Assembly: GCA_963762565.1 (NCBI GenBank)
Contig: CAVXLD010000003.1
Span: 192,001 to 256,000 of the forward strand
Reading direction: 5' to 3'
Length of the DNA: 64,000 nt
From: an uncultured Verrucomicrobiae bacterium
GTDB taxonomy: Bacteria > Verrucomicrobiota > Verrucomicrobiia > Chthoniobacterales > JAFAMB01
Shown: one piece after another, positions 1 through 10,706 of the stretch
How the letters are laid out: every line of letters starts with the position of its first letter
Position numbering within the stretch: position 1 is the stretch's first letter
Notes under the pieces: model-generated
Told to the model about the DNA's origin: nothing
Databases searched by the model: none
The model's input: only the letters and a program-made list of their open reading frames with translations
Position numbers and translations under genes: made by a program

Positions 1-53
1 AAAATCAACGACACGATGACCGTCAGGAGTAATTGCGAAAGCGATTTATTCAT
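1..53 (-). CDS. 5' end of a gene running off the window (signal-peptide-like N-terminus)
   Basis: Reverse strand reads MNKSLSQLLLTVIVSLI from ATG at 53, with GGGAG upstream. Confidence 0.5.
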   Translation of the reverse strand, partial: MNKSLSQLLLTVIVSLI

Positions 54-217
54 GCTGTAATATACTCCCGCATTCATTCGGCAAAGTTTCAGGAATTAGA
101 TGAAATGCAGCGTCCCCGCAACCTCAAGGCACTCGAGTGGATCAATTCCAGGCCACTGATCCACTCCTAGATACTCAAGTTCAACTACCCAAAAGCGGTG
201 CGTGTGATCTGCGCGGA

Positions 218-1222
218 TTATTCCGTGATTCGGACCACCGTGACAGAGCCGTCGGTATAGTTAGTGACATACGCCTGCTCGCCGTTCGGCGCGATGGCGA
301 CGGCAACAGGCCCAATCCCAACCGTGAACTTAGTGGCCACAGCCTTGGTCGCGGTGTTGATAACGGCAACGCTCCCGTCTTTGGAATCAGTCTGATCCAT
401 CGGCACGTAGAGATATTTGCCGTCCGGCGTCAGCGCGGAAAAATATCCAGTGTGAGCGCCGTAGCTGGAGAGGTCGACGGTGGCGATGATCTCTCTATCC
501 TTGATGACCGAAACTGAAGTAAGGTTTACCACATAAACGATCGTGCCACTCGGCGAGATATTAATGCCGCACGGGTCCTCTCCAACACTGATCGGAAGTC
601 CTTTGATCTTGTTCGTTGCGACATTAATGACAGACACCGTGGAGCTGGAAATATTCGTCACGTAAGCTGCCTCACCGTTCGGCGTGAAAGCAATATCGGC
701 CGGATTAATTCCTACCTTAAGTGATTTAATGAGGGATCCCGAGCCGGCGGTAGAGTAAACATAAACCTTGTTATCTCCTTGAGAGGCGACATAGAGCTCG
801 TTTCCGTTGGGACTAACTGCTAATCCGAACGGATTACTGGTTCCGGTGAGCGTGTCGGTTGTTTGTTGGAAATTGGAGGTGCTGAAACCAATAACATACC
901 CGGTAGGTTGGTCGTCGGTAACCCACAGCGTTTCTCCATTTGGCGATAGAGCCAAATCCGTGACGTAATAGCCCGTAAGCCCGTGTTGGGTAACGGCGTA
1001 GGTCGTCGCATTGATCGCTGCAACGTAATTGCTTCCGTGTTCAGCGACGTAGGCAGTACTGCTGTCCGGAGACACGACGACTCCATACGGCTCGTCTAAT
1101 CCGGTTATGGTGGTCAATATGGTGTTAACGGGCTTAGCCACGACCGGTGCTACCGCGGCCATCCATAATAAACTGATCCAGGCTATCCGGGATGTGCCTG
1201 TCTTGGTTTTCTTCGTCTTCAT
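218..1222 (-). CDS. Secreted YVTN/YncE-type beta-propeller repeat protein
   Basis: Signal peptide; repeated P.G.A.SPDG..AYV.N....VSVI units. Confidence 0.85.
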   Translation of the reverse strand: MKTKKTKTGTSRIAWISLLWMAAVAPVVAKPVNTILTTITGLDEPYGVVVSPDSSTAYVAEHGSNYVAAINATTYAVTQHGLTGYYVTDLALSPNGETLWVTDDQPTGYVIGFSTSNFQQTTDTLTGTSNPFGLAVSPNGNELYVASQGDNKVYVYSTAGSGSLIKSLKVGINPADIAFTPNGEAAYVTNISSSTVSVINVATNKIKGLPISVGEDPCGINISPSGTIVYVVNLTSVSVIKDREIIATVDLSSYGAHTGYFSALTPDGKYLYVPMDQTDSKDGSVAVINTATKAVATKFTVGIGPVAVAIAPNGEQAYVTNYTDGSVTVVRITE

Positions 1223-1557
1223 TCTTCTTTTCTTTCCACAGGTGCTCGATGCACGGTTTGTTTAGTTTGATTGGGCGACTTGATCTACCTGGGAGCACCG
1301 GCTCGGAATCGGACATCGCTAGTGCGTTGGACGGTGAGGCGGGCTCGATCAAAGGCAGCCGGCGGCTGCGATTGGAGGCAGATGCTGGTCATTTATTCTG
1401 TTCTCCCGAAGATTTGCCGGGACGTTTCTGAGAGAAGTGTCGAGCCCGACTTCAGGGAAGGACTCAGGTGCTATACGGCCTAGGGTTTCAATAAATTCGG
1501 GAATAGCTATAGCTCGCCAATGCCCCCTTTTTTCTGTAGATTGGGGGTTATCGATAT

Positions 1558-4368
1558 ATGGGGAGTTCTGCTGCTATCCCAGAGACCGGTGTCTGCCGAA
1601 GCTGCGGCGCGCGCATCCGGCCTGAGGATTCTTACAGCGGTTATTGCTTCGGTTGTTTATTGACGCCGGCGCTGGATTCCTCCAGCGACCGCCTGGCTGA
1701 AGAGAACATCAGGTTCGACCATTACGAGATTCTCACCCACCCGGATGGATCTTTCGTCGAGCTCGGACGCGGAGCAATGGGTGTTACCTACAAGGCGGTC
1801 GACGTTAAGTTGCGGTTTCCGGTGGCGTTGAAGGTAATCAATCCCACAGTGGCAGGCGCGCCAGTAAATCGGGAGCGATTTCTGCGCGAAGCGCAAGCGG
1901 CAGCCAGGCTACGGCATCCGCACGTCGCTAGCGTCCTTTATTATGGTGTCCAGGGCGGCGGGCAGTGCTTCTACACTATGGAATTTGTTGATGGGGAAAC
2001 GCTGGCAACCCGCGTGGAACGCAGTGGTCCACTGCCTGTAGAAGACGCATTGGAGATGATCGCTCAGGTTGCCAACGCATTAACAGCCGCTGAGCAACAG
2101 GGGCTAGTGCATCGAGATCTAAAGCCGGCAAATCTGATGTTGGTGAAGGGCGATGGAATCAACGCAAAGGTGATCGATTTTGGCTTAGTGAAACTCGTCG
2201 GCGAAGATGGGAGTACTGATTCGCTTACGCAGGATGGTTTTGTCGGGACGCCGGCGTTTGCCAGTCCGGAACAGTTCGCCGGAGCGGAGATCGATCAGCG
2301 TTCGGACTATTTCTCGTTGGGGAGCACCCTGTTTTACGCACTAACTGGAAAGCCGCCCTTTAAGGCAGATCGACTGAAAGAGTTAGGAGAACAGATCGGT
2401 ACGGGGACAGTTCCGCTGGATCGCTTGAGAGCGGCGGCGGTCCCGCGTCCGGTCAGAGATTTGGTGGCATCGCTGTTGACTGCGGATCCAGCAAAGCGGC
2501 CGCAAACTGGACGGGCTCTGAATGAAGCCATTGCCAATTGCCAACGCAAAATCGGTGTTGCGAAGACTCCATCGCCGAAGAGAGGCGGATTGGCGGTAGG
2601 AATTATTGCGGCCCTTGGTTTGCTGCTCATCGCCGGAGCAGCAGTCTATTTCTTTACCGCTGAGCCTACGGCAGCGTCAGCAAAATCGATTGCGGTGCTG
2701 CCGTTCGACAATTTCAGTCCGAGCACGGACGAGTCTTACTTTTCAGACGGCGTTCAGGATGAAATTCTGACTAACCTGGCAAAAGTGGCCGACCTGCAGG
2801 TCATCAGTCGCGGCAGTGTCCAAACCTACCGGAGCCCGGCCAATCGACCCTCCCCGGCCGAGATCGGTTCGGCGCTCCACGTACACTACCTCGTTAGTGG
2901 CAGTGTCAGGCGCGCTGGCGATCAACTCCGAGTAACCGCTCAACTGGTAGAAGCCACGACTGGACGCGAGGTCTGGGCAGAACGTTACGAGGGGAATTTG
3001 GCTAATGTTTTTACGATTCAGACACAGATCGCTCAGGAAATATCGCAGGAAGTACGAGCGCAGCTTTCTCCGAAAGAGAAGGAATCGATAGAAGAAGCGC
3101 CGACTCATGACGTAGTCGCATACCAGCTCTATCTGCAAGCGAAGCAATTGTTCCAGAACTACGACGAATCGATCCAGCAATGGGATCCGCTGTATACTGC
3201 GGTACGATTGTTGGACGAAGCGACGACACGCGACCCGAACTTTGTATTAGCCTGGTGCCTGCTCGCCGAAGCACACGATGATCTCTATTGGTACGATGCT
3301 GATCACAGTGATAGCCGGCGAGCTGCTGCCCAGACTGCCATCGACCAAGCGATGCGACTGCACCCTGATTCGGGGCAGGTTCATTTAGCCCTGGCGATCC
3401 ATCTTATGGCCACGCGCAGTGATTATACTGCCGTCCGTCGCGAGTTAGAGATTGCGCGCCAGACGCTGCCAAACTCGAGTAAGCTCATCGGGTTGTTAGC
3501 GAAAGTTGATGCGAGCCAAGGCAAATGGCGAGACGCGGTAAAAAATACCGAAAAAGCGATTATGCTCGACCCGAAGAGCCGCGAGTTAATCACGCAGAGG
3601 AACGATATCTATCAATATCATCGTCGGTACGATGATCTGAAGCGGCTGCTAAGCGATTCGGCGACAGCCGGCATTAGCGCCAGCTCGATCGACTTCACTC
3701 GTGCTGCCATCGCGTGGCAGGAGAAAGGGGATACTTCTGCTTGTCACACCTTGCTCGACCCACCCGTCGGCCCGCTCCGCGCCATTGGGCGAGCCACTCT
3801 CCTGAAGATCCAGTGCGCTCTCGCAGACGGCAATTTTGATGCCGCGCGCAAATTCCTAACTGATGATCCCAGGCAAGAATTTGAAGCGGGTGACAAGAAG
3901 TTTTTTTCCCGGGAGTATATGCTTGCCTGGATCGAGCGATGCGCCGGAAATGAGAAGGCGTCCAGAGAGATCTATATGAAGGCGCGGCCGTTGCAACAAG
4001 CCTATGTCGAGAAGTGGCCGGATGATCCAAATCCACTAATGGTGCTCGCGATCACGGACGCAGGGATCGGGCGCAAAGACGAGGCCATTGCTGAGGCGCG
4101 TGGAGCCGTGGCCAAACGTCCGATCGATCAAAATGCGATGGAAGGTCCGTTGCTGGCTGAAGATCTCGCCCAGGTTTACCTGTGGGTAGGCGAACGCGAA
4201 CAGGCGCTAAGACAACTCGAGACGCTGGAACAAGTCCCGCGCGCGCTCACCTACGGCTACCTTGCCAAAGTGCCGACCTGGGATGCTTTGCGTTCTGAGC
4301 CGCGGTTTCAACAGGTACTATCGAGCCTTGGGCCGATTCCTATTGAGAACAGAGGCGGCGAGAAGTGA
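1558..4368 (+). CDS. Membrane Ser/Thr protein kinase with N-terminal Cys4 ribbon, TolB-like (SIAVLPF) domain and TPRs
   Basis: LGRGAMG, VALK, HRDLKPAN, DFG, GTPAFASPEQ; TM helix; SIAVLPFDNFS..YFSDGVQDEILT. Confidence 0.92.
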   Translation: MGSSAAIPETGVCRSCGARIRPEDSYSGYCFGCLLTPALDSSSDRLAEENIRFDHYEILTHPDGSFVELGRGAMGVTYKAVDVKLRFPVALKVINPTVAGAPVNRERFLREAQAAARLRHPHVASVLYYGVQGGGQCFYTMEFVDGETLATRVERSGPLPVEDALEMIAQVANALTAAEQQGLVHRDLKPANLMLVKGDGINAKVIDFGLVKLVGEDGSTDSLTQDGFVGTPAFASPEQFAGAEIDQRSDYFSLGSTLFYALTGKPPFKADRLKELGEQIGTGTVPLDRLRAAAVPRPVRDLVASLLTADPAKRPQTGRALNEAIANCQRKIGVAKTPSPKRGGLAVGIIAALGLLLIAGAAVYFFTAEPTAASAKSIAVLPFDNFSPSTDESYFSDGVQDEILTNLAKVADLQVISRGSVQTYRSPANRPSPAEIGSALHVHYLVSGSVRRAGDQLRVTAQLVEATTGREVWAERYEGNLANVFTIQTQIAQEISQEVRAQLSPKEKESIEEAPTHDVVAYQLYLQAKQLFQNYDESIQQWDPLYTAVRLLDEATTRDPNFVLAWCLLAEAHDDLYWYDADHSDSRRAAAQTAIDQAMRLHPDSGQVHLALAIHLMATRSDYTAVRRELEIARQTLPNSSKLIGLLAKVDASQGKWRDAVKNTEKAIMLDPKSRELITQRNDIYQYHRRYDDLKRLLSDSATAGISASSIDFTRAAIAWQEKGDTSACHTLLDPPVGPLRAIGRATLLKIQCALADGNFDAARKFLTDDPRQEFEAGDKKFFSREYMLAWIERCAGNEKASREIYMKARPLQQAYVEKWPDDPNPLMVLAITDAGIGRKDEAIAEARGAVAKRPIDQNAMEGPLLAEDLAQVYLWVGEREQALRQLETLEQVPRALTYGYLAKVPTWDALRSEPRFQQVLSSLGPIPIENRGGEK

Positions 4369-4586
4369 ATGGTGAGAAGTGAGACGTGAAAAGTCAGTAA
4401 TAGCCGCGAAAGAACGCAAGGAACGCAAAAAGGTTTGCTTGGAGAAGGCAAGGCGATTGGTGATTGGTGATTTGTGGTTGGTAGTTCCCGGTGTTTTATA
4501 TAAGAATGAGCAGAAGCTCATCCCTAGCGGATTCCGGCCCTCCGAATTGCACTCGTGTAGCGGGTTGAAGTTGCTTTGAGCGCTGG

Positions 4587-5273
4587 CTAACCGTTCTCCC
4601 CACCCACAGCCGTTCCGCCGGAAAACGGGGTGCCGCATCTTGTGGTGACATTACCCTGATACTTATCACCCGAGCTCAGTGACAGACCGGTACCGCAGTC
4701 CGTCAAGAAATTATGGATCATGGCGTTGTCGCTCCCGGTCTCCTCAACCCCCACGTTAAACCCGCTAACTTGGCTGTCGCTAACTTGACTTTCCGCACAG
4801 TCCATTGATATGCCCGGCTGTACATTGCTGGCGTTAGAGGAAACAATAACACAGCTCGCAACGACACAATTCGTGCCTGTCAGACCTACTCCCTTCTCAG
4901 ACACGATGACCTTTAACCCGTTCAGGAAGAATTCCGAACCGGTAAAACTGATACCGTTGCCGAATCCCGATATGATGCCGTTTCTCACAGTCACATTGGT
5001 GGAGTTGCTGCATATAACGCCGGTCCCACCAGAACCGAAAAGCATGTGGCCATTGAGGTTGATCACGACGTTGTTTACATCCGAAGCGATCGTGATGCCA
5101 TTGTCGCCTGACTTAGCCGTCAGATCACTCTCGACGATATATTCGCCGGAGGCAGTGACTTTGTAAGGTAGAGAAGTGATTGTGATTACAGAAGTATTTG
5201 CTTTCGCAGAATACAGCGTCGCCGGTAGTGAGACCGCCACTCCAGCCAGCAGGACTAGATGTTTCAGTTTCAT
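4587..5273 (-). CDS. Secreted right-handed parallel beta-helix protein
   Basis: Signal peptide; ITSLPYKVTASGEY, NVVINLNGH, NVTVRNGIISGF. Confidence 0.75.
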   Translation of the reverse strand: MKLKHLVLLAGVAVSLPATLYSAKANTSVITITSLPYKVTASGEYIVESDLTAKSGDNGITIASDVNNVVINLNGHMLFGSGGTGVICSNSTNVTVRNGIISGFGNGISFTGSEFFLNGLKVIVSEKGVGLTGTNCVVASCVIVSSNASNVQPGISMDCAESQVSDSQVSGFNVGVEETGSDNAMIHNFLTDCGTGLSLSSGDKYQGNVTTRCGTPFSGGTAVGGENG

Positions 5274-5649
5274 AACTTGGTTGTACTATTTTTTTTGCTA
5301 TGTATTCAAGCAGCAAAGGGTAGAGCGGGATACTGGACTTATAAACCGCTAAGACCATTGCTGGGTCACCGGGTAGCCTCGTCCGACCAAACTACTGAAT
5401 TTGGATAACCGTCACAGCACCGGCCTCGTTCTGCACGCACTTCGAAGATGAGACCGCCGGCTATTGGGGATCTTATTCGTGTCACCTTGAAATCGTGGCA
5501 ACAAAGCATGAAACGTTCAGCTTTAGACTCGGGATAATTCGGATATGACGCAATTCCGTCGAAGGTTGGGGGTGCGATCCCCAGATTGTGGGTTAACCAG
5601 CTCGCACTCTTAGGTTTTGCGCTGATTAGTTCCAATAAGGAATGAGTTT

Positions 5650-6105
5650 ATGAAGAAAATCGTCTTAGCATTAATGGCATCGGTTGCGCTCAGTGGGCAA
5701 AGCGAAGCGCAGATCGGCCGTACTCTGGAGCAATGTGAGCAGCAGTATGGCAAGCCCGTGTCGGCACCAAACAGGAACATTGACCCCGGGGTGATTCAAT
5801 ATCATTTCGTATCGGGAAAGTTAGACGTTAGCGTGCGTATTTCTACGAACACGCACACGGCCACGGCGGTCTATTACTCAAAGCTGGACCACGGACCGTT
5901 CTCAGACGCTGAGATTAAGCAGTTACTGCATGAAAGCGGCCCGGAGTTAAATTGGTCGGTAGGTCAAGACGCACATCCAGCCAGATCCGATGACAAGAGC
6001 TGGGTTGGCCAGAAGGGCGGCAAGGCCGTCCTGAATGCGATGTATGCTCATTTGGAGGAAGGCGAAGGTTATGTTCTGAACATCTATCCTTCGACCGGGA
6101 GTTAG
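5650..6105 (+). CDS. Secreted hypothetical protein
   Basis: MKKIVLALMASVAL signal; AAGGA upstream. Confidence 0.7.
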   Translation: MKKIVLALMASVALSGQSEAQIGRTLEQCEQQYGKPVSAPNRNIDPGVIQYHFVSGKLDVSVRISTNTHTATAVYYSKLDHGPFSDAEIKQLLHESGPELNWSVGQDAHPARSDDKSWVGQKGGKAVLNAMYAHLEEGEGYVLNIYPSTGS

Positions 6106-6135
6106 CAGTTAGCAGTTGGCGTTGCCCCATCGCCC

Positions 6136-6317
6136 GGGAGGGATCGCGTCCTCGCGATCCGTTGTTACCGAGGTCGAGGATGTGTCGTGATCGTGGACGA
6201 AAATACATGTTTGGGTTTTGGCACGTCCTCGCGGCGCGCGGGGATCCGACGTCGCCCCTGTGGGAGAAAATCATCTGGATGCACCAGGCTATGTCGGACA
6301 GGCAGCGCGCCCTCCCC
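6136..6317. repeat. REP-doublet family A with a nested ~60-bp element (6245-6304)
   Basis: GGGAGGGATCGCGTCCTCGCGATCC...GCGCGCCCTCCC; related copies at 12380, 17758, 29828, 31166, 50548. Confidence 0.85.
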
Positions 6318-6426
6318 GAATTGCGCGCGGACACGGTTGGATCCGGCTTAAATTCCCCGATCAGTCTCGCAACCTTTCCGAAAAAAATGATAAAACTTTC
6401 GCCAGGGAATTCGGGAAGTCTGAAAT

Positions 6427-8223
6427 ATGCAACATCAATTTCGGCGGGTTCTGAGCGCGAATCTACGCGTTCTGGCGGCGCTGCTCCTGGTTAGCTGCCT
6501 TCTCGCCAGCAGCGGAACAGCGCAAACGAGGTACCGAATTATTCACCTGCCAACGGCGGACGGTTATAACAGCGCCGCCTTTGGGTTAAATGATTCCGGC
6601 AATGTGATCGGCTATAGTTATCAAGACACCATCGCGATCGGTTTCTTGTACAATTATGCGGATGATTCGATGAACGATCTCGGATCGTTCGGAGGTCAGG
6701 CCACAGTCGCGACGGCGGTCGATAACGACAACCGGGTGATCGGCTACAGCGCGGACAATAATGGTCAACGGATCGCTTTTCTGTATACGGCAGAAGCGGG
6801 TCTGACTCCGCTGGGAACATTGCCTGGGGGGTCAAACAGCGAAGCGTTCTCGATCAATAGTTCGGCAGAGGGTGCAGGGGATAGCGAGACACAGGGCGAC
6901 AGCCATCGGCCCGTGATCTTCACGAATCAAACCGCCCAAGATCTCGGGATTGAATCGACCGCATCAAGCCTGCTGGAGACCGCTTACGGAGTCAACGACT
7001 CAGGGCAGATCGTTGGCCGGTACCAGAACGCTGATGGCGCTACTCACGCCTTCCTGTATGCCTCAGGGCAACTAACCGATCTTGGTAGTCTGGGAGGCGC
7101 AAATAGCGAAGCGCTGGCTATCAATGTGAACGGCCTCATCGTGGGTGACAGTCAGATGACTGGGGGAACAATCCATGCCTTCGTTTTCGATAGTGGTGCG
7201 ATGAAGGATCTCGGCACGCTGCCCGGTTTTACGAATGCCAGTTTTGCCCGCGGGGTGAACAACACCGGGCAAATCGTCGGTGAAAGTGATTCGGACAACC
7301 AGAAGCGTGCCTTTGTGTATAACAATGGTCAGATGAGCGACCTGACACAGGCGGCAATCAATATGCGGCAGGCCGGTTTTTCCGCCTTGGATGTGGCGAA
7401 CGGGATAAATAACCAAGGTTGGATCGCTGGGTTCGGCACTACCTTGGATGGGCGGTTAGCCGCATATTTGGCGATACCGGTTGGGGTTACCTCGGATCCG
7501 CCGGGTGGCCCTGATGCGCCGGTTTTTACCTCTGGAGATGTTAGTTCCGTCGCTTGGACCGGAGGCTGGTTTGCGCCCTTGGGTTTGTGGTCGTTGCCGT
7601 TAGCCGGCGGAGCGCTTTATTGGACTGGACAGCACTGGCATCACTGGCCGAAACCGCCTTGGCATAAGCCGCCGGAAAAGCCGCCTTGGCACCCGGGCAA
7701 GCCGCCGAAATGGCCGACGCCGCGGCCAAAGCCGACTCCTAAAGAAACGCCGAAAGGTACACCCATCCATCTATCGACTCCGCGAGGGACACCAAACCAA
7801 TTTCCAAGCGCAACTCCACGAACTACTCCGACGCCGCAAAGAACATTCCAGGATCTTTCGCGGCCGAACAATCCGTATGCTAGCGGAACGCCGGTGAAAA
7901 ATGTGACGCCCGGCGCAACACCGAAACCGAGTGAAGTGGAGAAGAATTCTAATGAGGGATCTCGTCATCAAACCGTCGAAAGCCAGGAGGCGGCAAAAGC
8001 GCATGCGACACCTACGCCGCAGCAAAGTCCGCGAGTGTTAAAGACGGAACATCGGACGACTTCCTCTGGATCTCGCACTGAAAATCGGATTGAGCGTCAT
8101 CCAAGCCCGAAGACCGGGTCCAGCAAAGGCGGACATCCTACAACCAGTAACAAACCAAAGCCGCCTGCTAACAAGCCTGCCCCACCAAAACCGAAACCGA
8201 AGCCTACGCCAAAGAAGAAATAA
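6427..8223 (+). CDS. Secreted HAF-repeat protein with Pro/Lys/Thr-rich C-terminal tail
   Basis: Repeated DLG.LGG..S.A..IN..G.IVG...HAF units; low-complexity tail. Confidence 0.85.
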   Translation: MQHQFRRVLSANLRVLAALLLVSCLLASSGTAQTRYRIIHLPTADGYNSAAFGLNDSGNVIGYSYQDTIAIGFLYNYADDSMNDLGSFGGQATVATAVDNDNRVIGYSADNNGQRIAFLYTAEAGLTPLGTLPGGSNSEAFSINSSAEGAGDSETQGDSHRPVIFTNQTAQDLGIESTASSLLETAYGVNDSGQIVGRYQNADGATHAFLYASGQLTDLGSLGGANSEALAINVNGLIVGDSQMTGGTIHAFVFDSGAMKDLGTLPGFTNASFARGVNNTGQIVGESDSDNQKRAFVYNNGQMSDLTQAAINMRQAGFSALDVANGINNQGWIAGFGTTLDGRLAAYLAIPVGVTSDPPGGPDAPVFTSGDVSSVAWTGGWFAPLGLWSLPLAGGALYWTGQHWHHWPKPPWHKPPEKPPWHPGKPPKWPTPRPKPTPKETPKGTPIHLSTPRGTPNQFPSATPRTTPTPQRTFQDLSRPNNPYASGTPVKNVTPGATPKPSEVEKNSNEGSRHQTVESQEAAKAHATPTPQQSPRVLKTEHRTTSSGSRTENRIERHPSPKTGSSKGGHPTTSNKPKPPANKPAPPKPKPKPTPKKK

Positions 8224-8346
8224 AGAAGAAAAAACGCACGCAAGGGCGCAAAGGCGCAAAGAAATCACGAAATAAGTAGGCCGGGGCTCTGGCAGTATCG
8301 GACGCTTGCGGACGAGCAAAGGAAGAAGGGAAGTTAACTGTGCGTG

Positions 8347-8382
8347 AATCGGCGGCTGTCTTACAGCCGCCGATTTTATTTT
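8347..8382 (+). terminator. Intrinsic terminator-like hairpin between convergent genes
   Basis: AATCGGCGGCTGT-CTT-ACAGCCGCCGATT followed by TTATTTT. Confidence 0.7.
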
Positions 8383-8786
8383 AGCGCTTTCAGCGCCATG
8401 AAGACCTGGATCCCGCCAACGATAAACAGAAAAGCGCAGGCCGGCCAATTACCCAGGCTACGAGACAACCTCATATCACGCCCATCGCTTCGGTTATAGC
8501 GGATACCGATTTGCTGTCCATTTTGCATCGTTAACCAACTGAAAAAATTGATTCTTACCGTGCCCTGACAAGCCGGTTTCGCGTCCGTAGCGCCCACTTC
8601 ACACAGCAGATAGAAACCCGGCAACCTCCAATCGGGACCGATAGTATTGTCCAAATAAAAGTCTTTGCCGACAACGTTGGCTTTCGCTGTTGCTTGCCCG
8701 AGCGAAAACCTGATCTCTTTTGTCAGAAGAAAGAGAGCCAGCCCAATAAATCCTGCGCTAATAAGTCCAGGAATTAACCATTGCAT
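8376..8786 (-). CDS. DUF3592-like membrane protein
   Basis: TM helices at both ends; A.A.VV and G..I.IRYN pattern. Confidence 0.6.
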   Translation of the reverse strand: MQWLIPGLISAGFIGLALFLLTKEIRFSLGQATAKANVVGKDFYLDNTIGPDWRLPGFYLLCEVGATDAKPACQGTVRINFFSWLTMQNGQQIGIRYNRSDGRDMRLSRSLGNWPACAFLFIVGGIQVFMALKALK

Positions 8787-8882
8787 TCGGCCGAGTGTCC
8801 CAAATTCTCGCCCAAATGTCCCGCTAAACCTGGAACCAGAGATACAATGAAACTTTTAGTGTCGGATAAGGGAAAGGACGAT

Positions 8883-10106
8883 ATGAAACGATTCTGTCAA
8901 AGGTTGATGCGCGCTGTCCTGAAATTGTGGACTTGTCGACTCACGCTTCTAGCCCTTGCTCTGATGGGTTCCAGAATGGGTTTGTCTGCTAAGGAATCGA
9001 TCGATACCAATTTGAACTCGACCTATGAAAAACTTATCAAGGAGCACGGCAACGACGTGGCGTTCATATCAGACCTTCGAAACTGGGAACGTGCCTGGGT
9101 AAGCTATCGCGACGCACGCGCTAATTTGGAAGCCTGGATTGTAGGCAAGACAAAACCGGACGAGCCAGCGCGACGTGCCACTGTTGAAAAACTTACCGAC
9201 GCGCAGCTGCAAGCGCTGCGTCAACTCGCAGCCGACGGATCACCATTTGATCCCAATTCGCTTTCGGCGAACCCAAAATGGGAGTGGGCGTGCTGGCGGC
9301 AATATAACTATTATCGCGAGCAGGTTGTCGGCAAGTTCACGTACCTAACTGGTCCTTGGATCTTGGCTCAGAAGGCATGGCTCGGTTATTTGGGAGAGAC
9401 AGAAACTTTTTTGGAAAGCCACGGTCCGGGTACTAAAGGGCAGCTTTCGCAGCTAGTCTCGAATTACGTCGACGAGATGCGTGCGAATGACCTGGATCAG
9501 TTGGCCGGACGGCTTGGGTTGATTCACTATGAACCGAAGGCTGTCTCTAAGGATTCCATTACCGACTGGCGGGATGATCTTACAGTGATCTCAGCGAAAC
9601 AGGATCTACGGGTTGAGTTCACCGACGTCGAAGTACCGGTTGCGATCGCAAATGCTGATAATTCGCGGCAGCAGTTGGCCAACGCGAATCCTGGAGACAC
9701 GAGCAAGGGCAATACCTATGGCTCAGACCTCTTTATTTCGCCGGATTCGCGTTGGATCTTGCAAATTACTTGGAGGGTGCATACGAACCGAGAGAAGAGA
9801 CTAATAGACGCTTTTCTCTACCAAGTTATCCAGATCACGCCGTTGCATCTGCAACGGTATCCAGCCCGGGAGTCGTTTGGCGACTTGGCTATGAGCCTTT
9901 TCCATGTGCCGGACGATTCCTATGCAGACATTCATTTCGTTGAATGGAAGCCGGATGCGCTGGTCATGGCTTTTACTGTACGGCCTGACGTAGAGCCTCA
10001 CCTGGGCGATGATGGTGTGGACTGGCAGTACGAATTTGATTTGCGGAAGCATACGTTTACCAATCCGGCAAGAATGCCAGGGGCTTCTCGGTTGATTGAC
10101 GATTAG
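8883..10106 (+). CDS. Exported protein with LprI/DUF1311-like helical domain
   Basis: DTNLNSTYEKL..LRNWERAWVSYRDA; start uncertain. Confidence 0.6.
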   Translation: MKRFCQRLMRAVLKLWTCRLTLLALALMGSRMGLSAKESIDTNLNSTYEKLIKEHGNDVAFISDLRNWERAWVSYRDARANLEAWIVGKTKPDEPARRATVEKLTDAQLQALRQLAADGSPFDPNSLSANPKWEWACWRQYNYYREQVVGKFTYLTGPWILAQKAWLGYLGETETFLESHGPGTKGQLSQLVSNYVDEMRANDLDQLAGRLGLIHYEPKAVSKDSITDWRDDLTVISAKQDLRVEFTDVEVPVAIANADNSRQQLANANPGDTSKGNTYGSDLFISPDSRWILQITWRVHTNREKRLIDAFLYQVIQITPLHLQRYPARESFGDLAMSLFHVPDDSYADIHFVEWKPDALVMAFTVRPDVEPHLGDDGVDWQYEFDLRKHTFTNPARMPGASRLIDD

Positions 10107-10166
10107 GTTGGGGCCTTCGGCAAGACTTCGACGAGCTCATTCGGGTCGGCGAGGCTCAGGTGAACT

Positions 10167-10429
10167 TGGAGCGCTGCCTCGCTTGCGAGGCCGTGGTGAA
10201 CAAGGGGAGATGGTTAGGTAAATCCCACGATGTTCTACACTCTCACTCTATAGTCTCGACCCTACCGTTCCATACGACAGAGCGTAAGGCGACCACGATC
10301 CTGGTTGCATCAATGTCCTTTGTTCACCACGGCCTCGCAAGCGAGGCGCGCTCCACGGGTCCCGACCGCTTCAGCCTCGCCCCACCAATAGTGGCGACCC
10401 CTCGGCCTCGCAAGCGAGGCGCGCTCCAC
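10167..10429. repeat. REP family B inverted doublet (10167-10356) plus single copy (10403-10429)
   Basis: GTGGAGCGC-GCCTCGC-TT-GCGAGGC-CG core. Confidence 0.85.
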
Positions 10430-10478
10430 AATCACTTTTCGCCTTTCACCTTTTGCCGGTTTCGTGCAGGGTTGCTAA

Positions 10479-10706
10479 ATGGGGCGCGAGCATGAGCCTG
10501 ATCATTGGGGGGAAGATGGGATCACGTTTGGTTCAGTTATCGTCGCGATGATCCCTTTCTGTGCCTTAGTGTTTGGGCCGTTCTTGGCGAATCAGCTCGA
10601 ACCACGGATCTTCGGTCTCCCGTTCTTGCTCGCCTATTGTGTTTTCTGGGTTCTAATGACGCCGGCCTTTCTCTTTATCGCGGACCGGCTAAGGAAGCGT
10701 CGATGA
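10479..10706 (+). CDS. DUF3311-like small membrane partner of sodium:solute symporter
   Basis: NQLEPRIFGLPFLLAY..FWV; overlaps symporter start (ATGA). Confidence 0.8.
   Translation: MGREHEPDHWGEDGITFGSVIVAMIPFCALVFGPFLANQLEPRIFGLPFLLAYCVFWVLMTPAFLFIADRLRKRR

Noticed and set aside
5366..5635. 89-aa ORF between divergent genes
   Set aside because: No recognisable motif; probably intergenic
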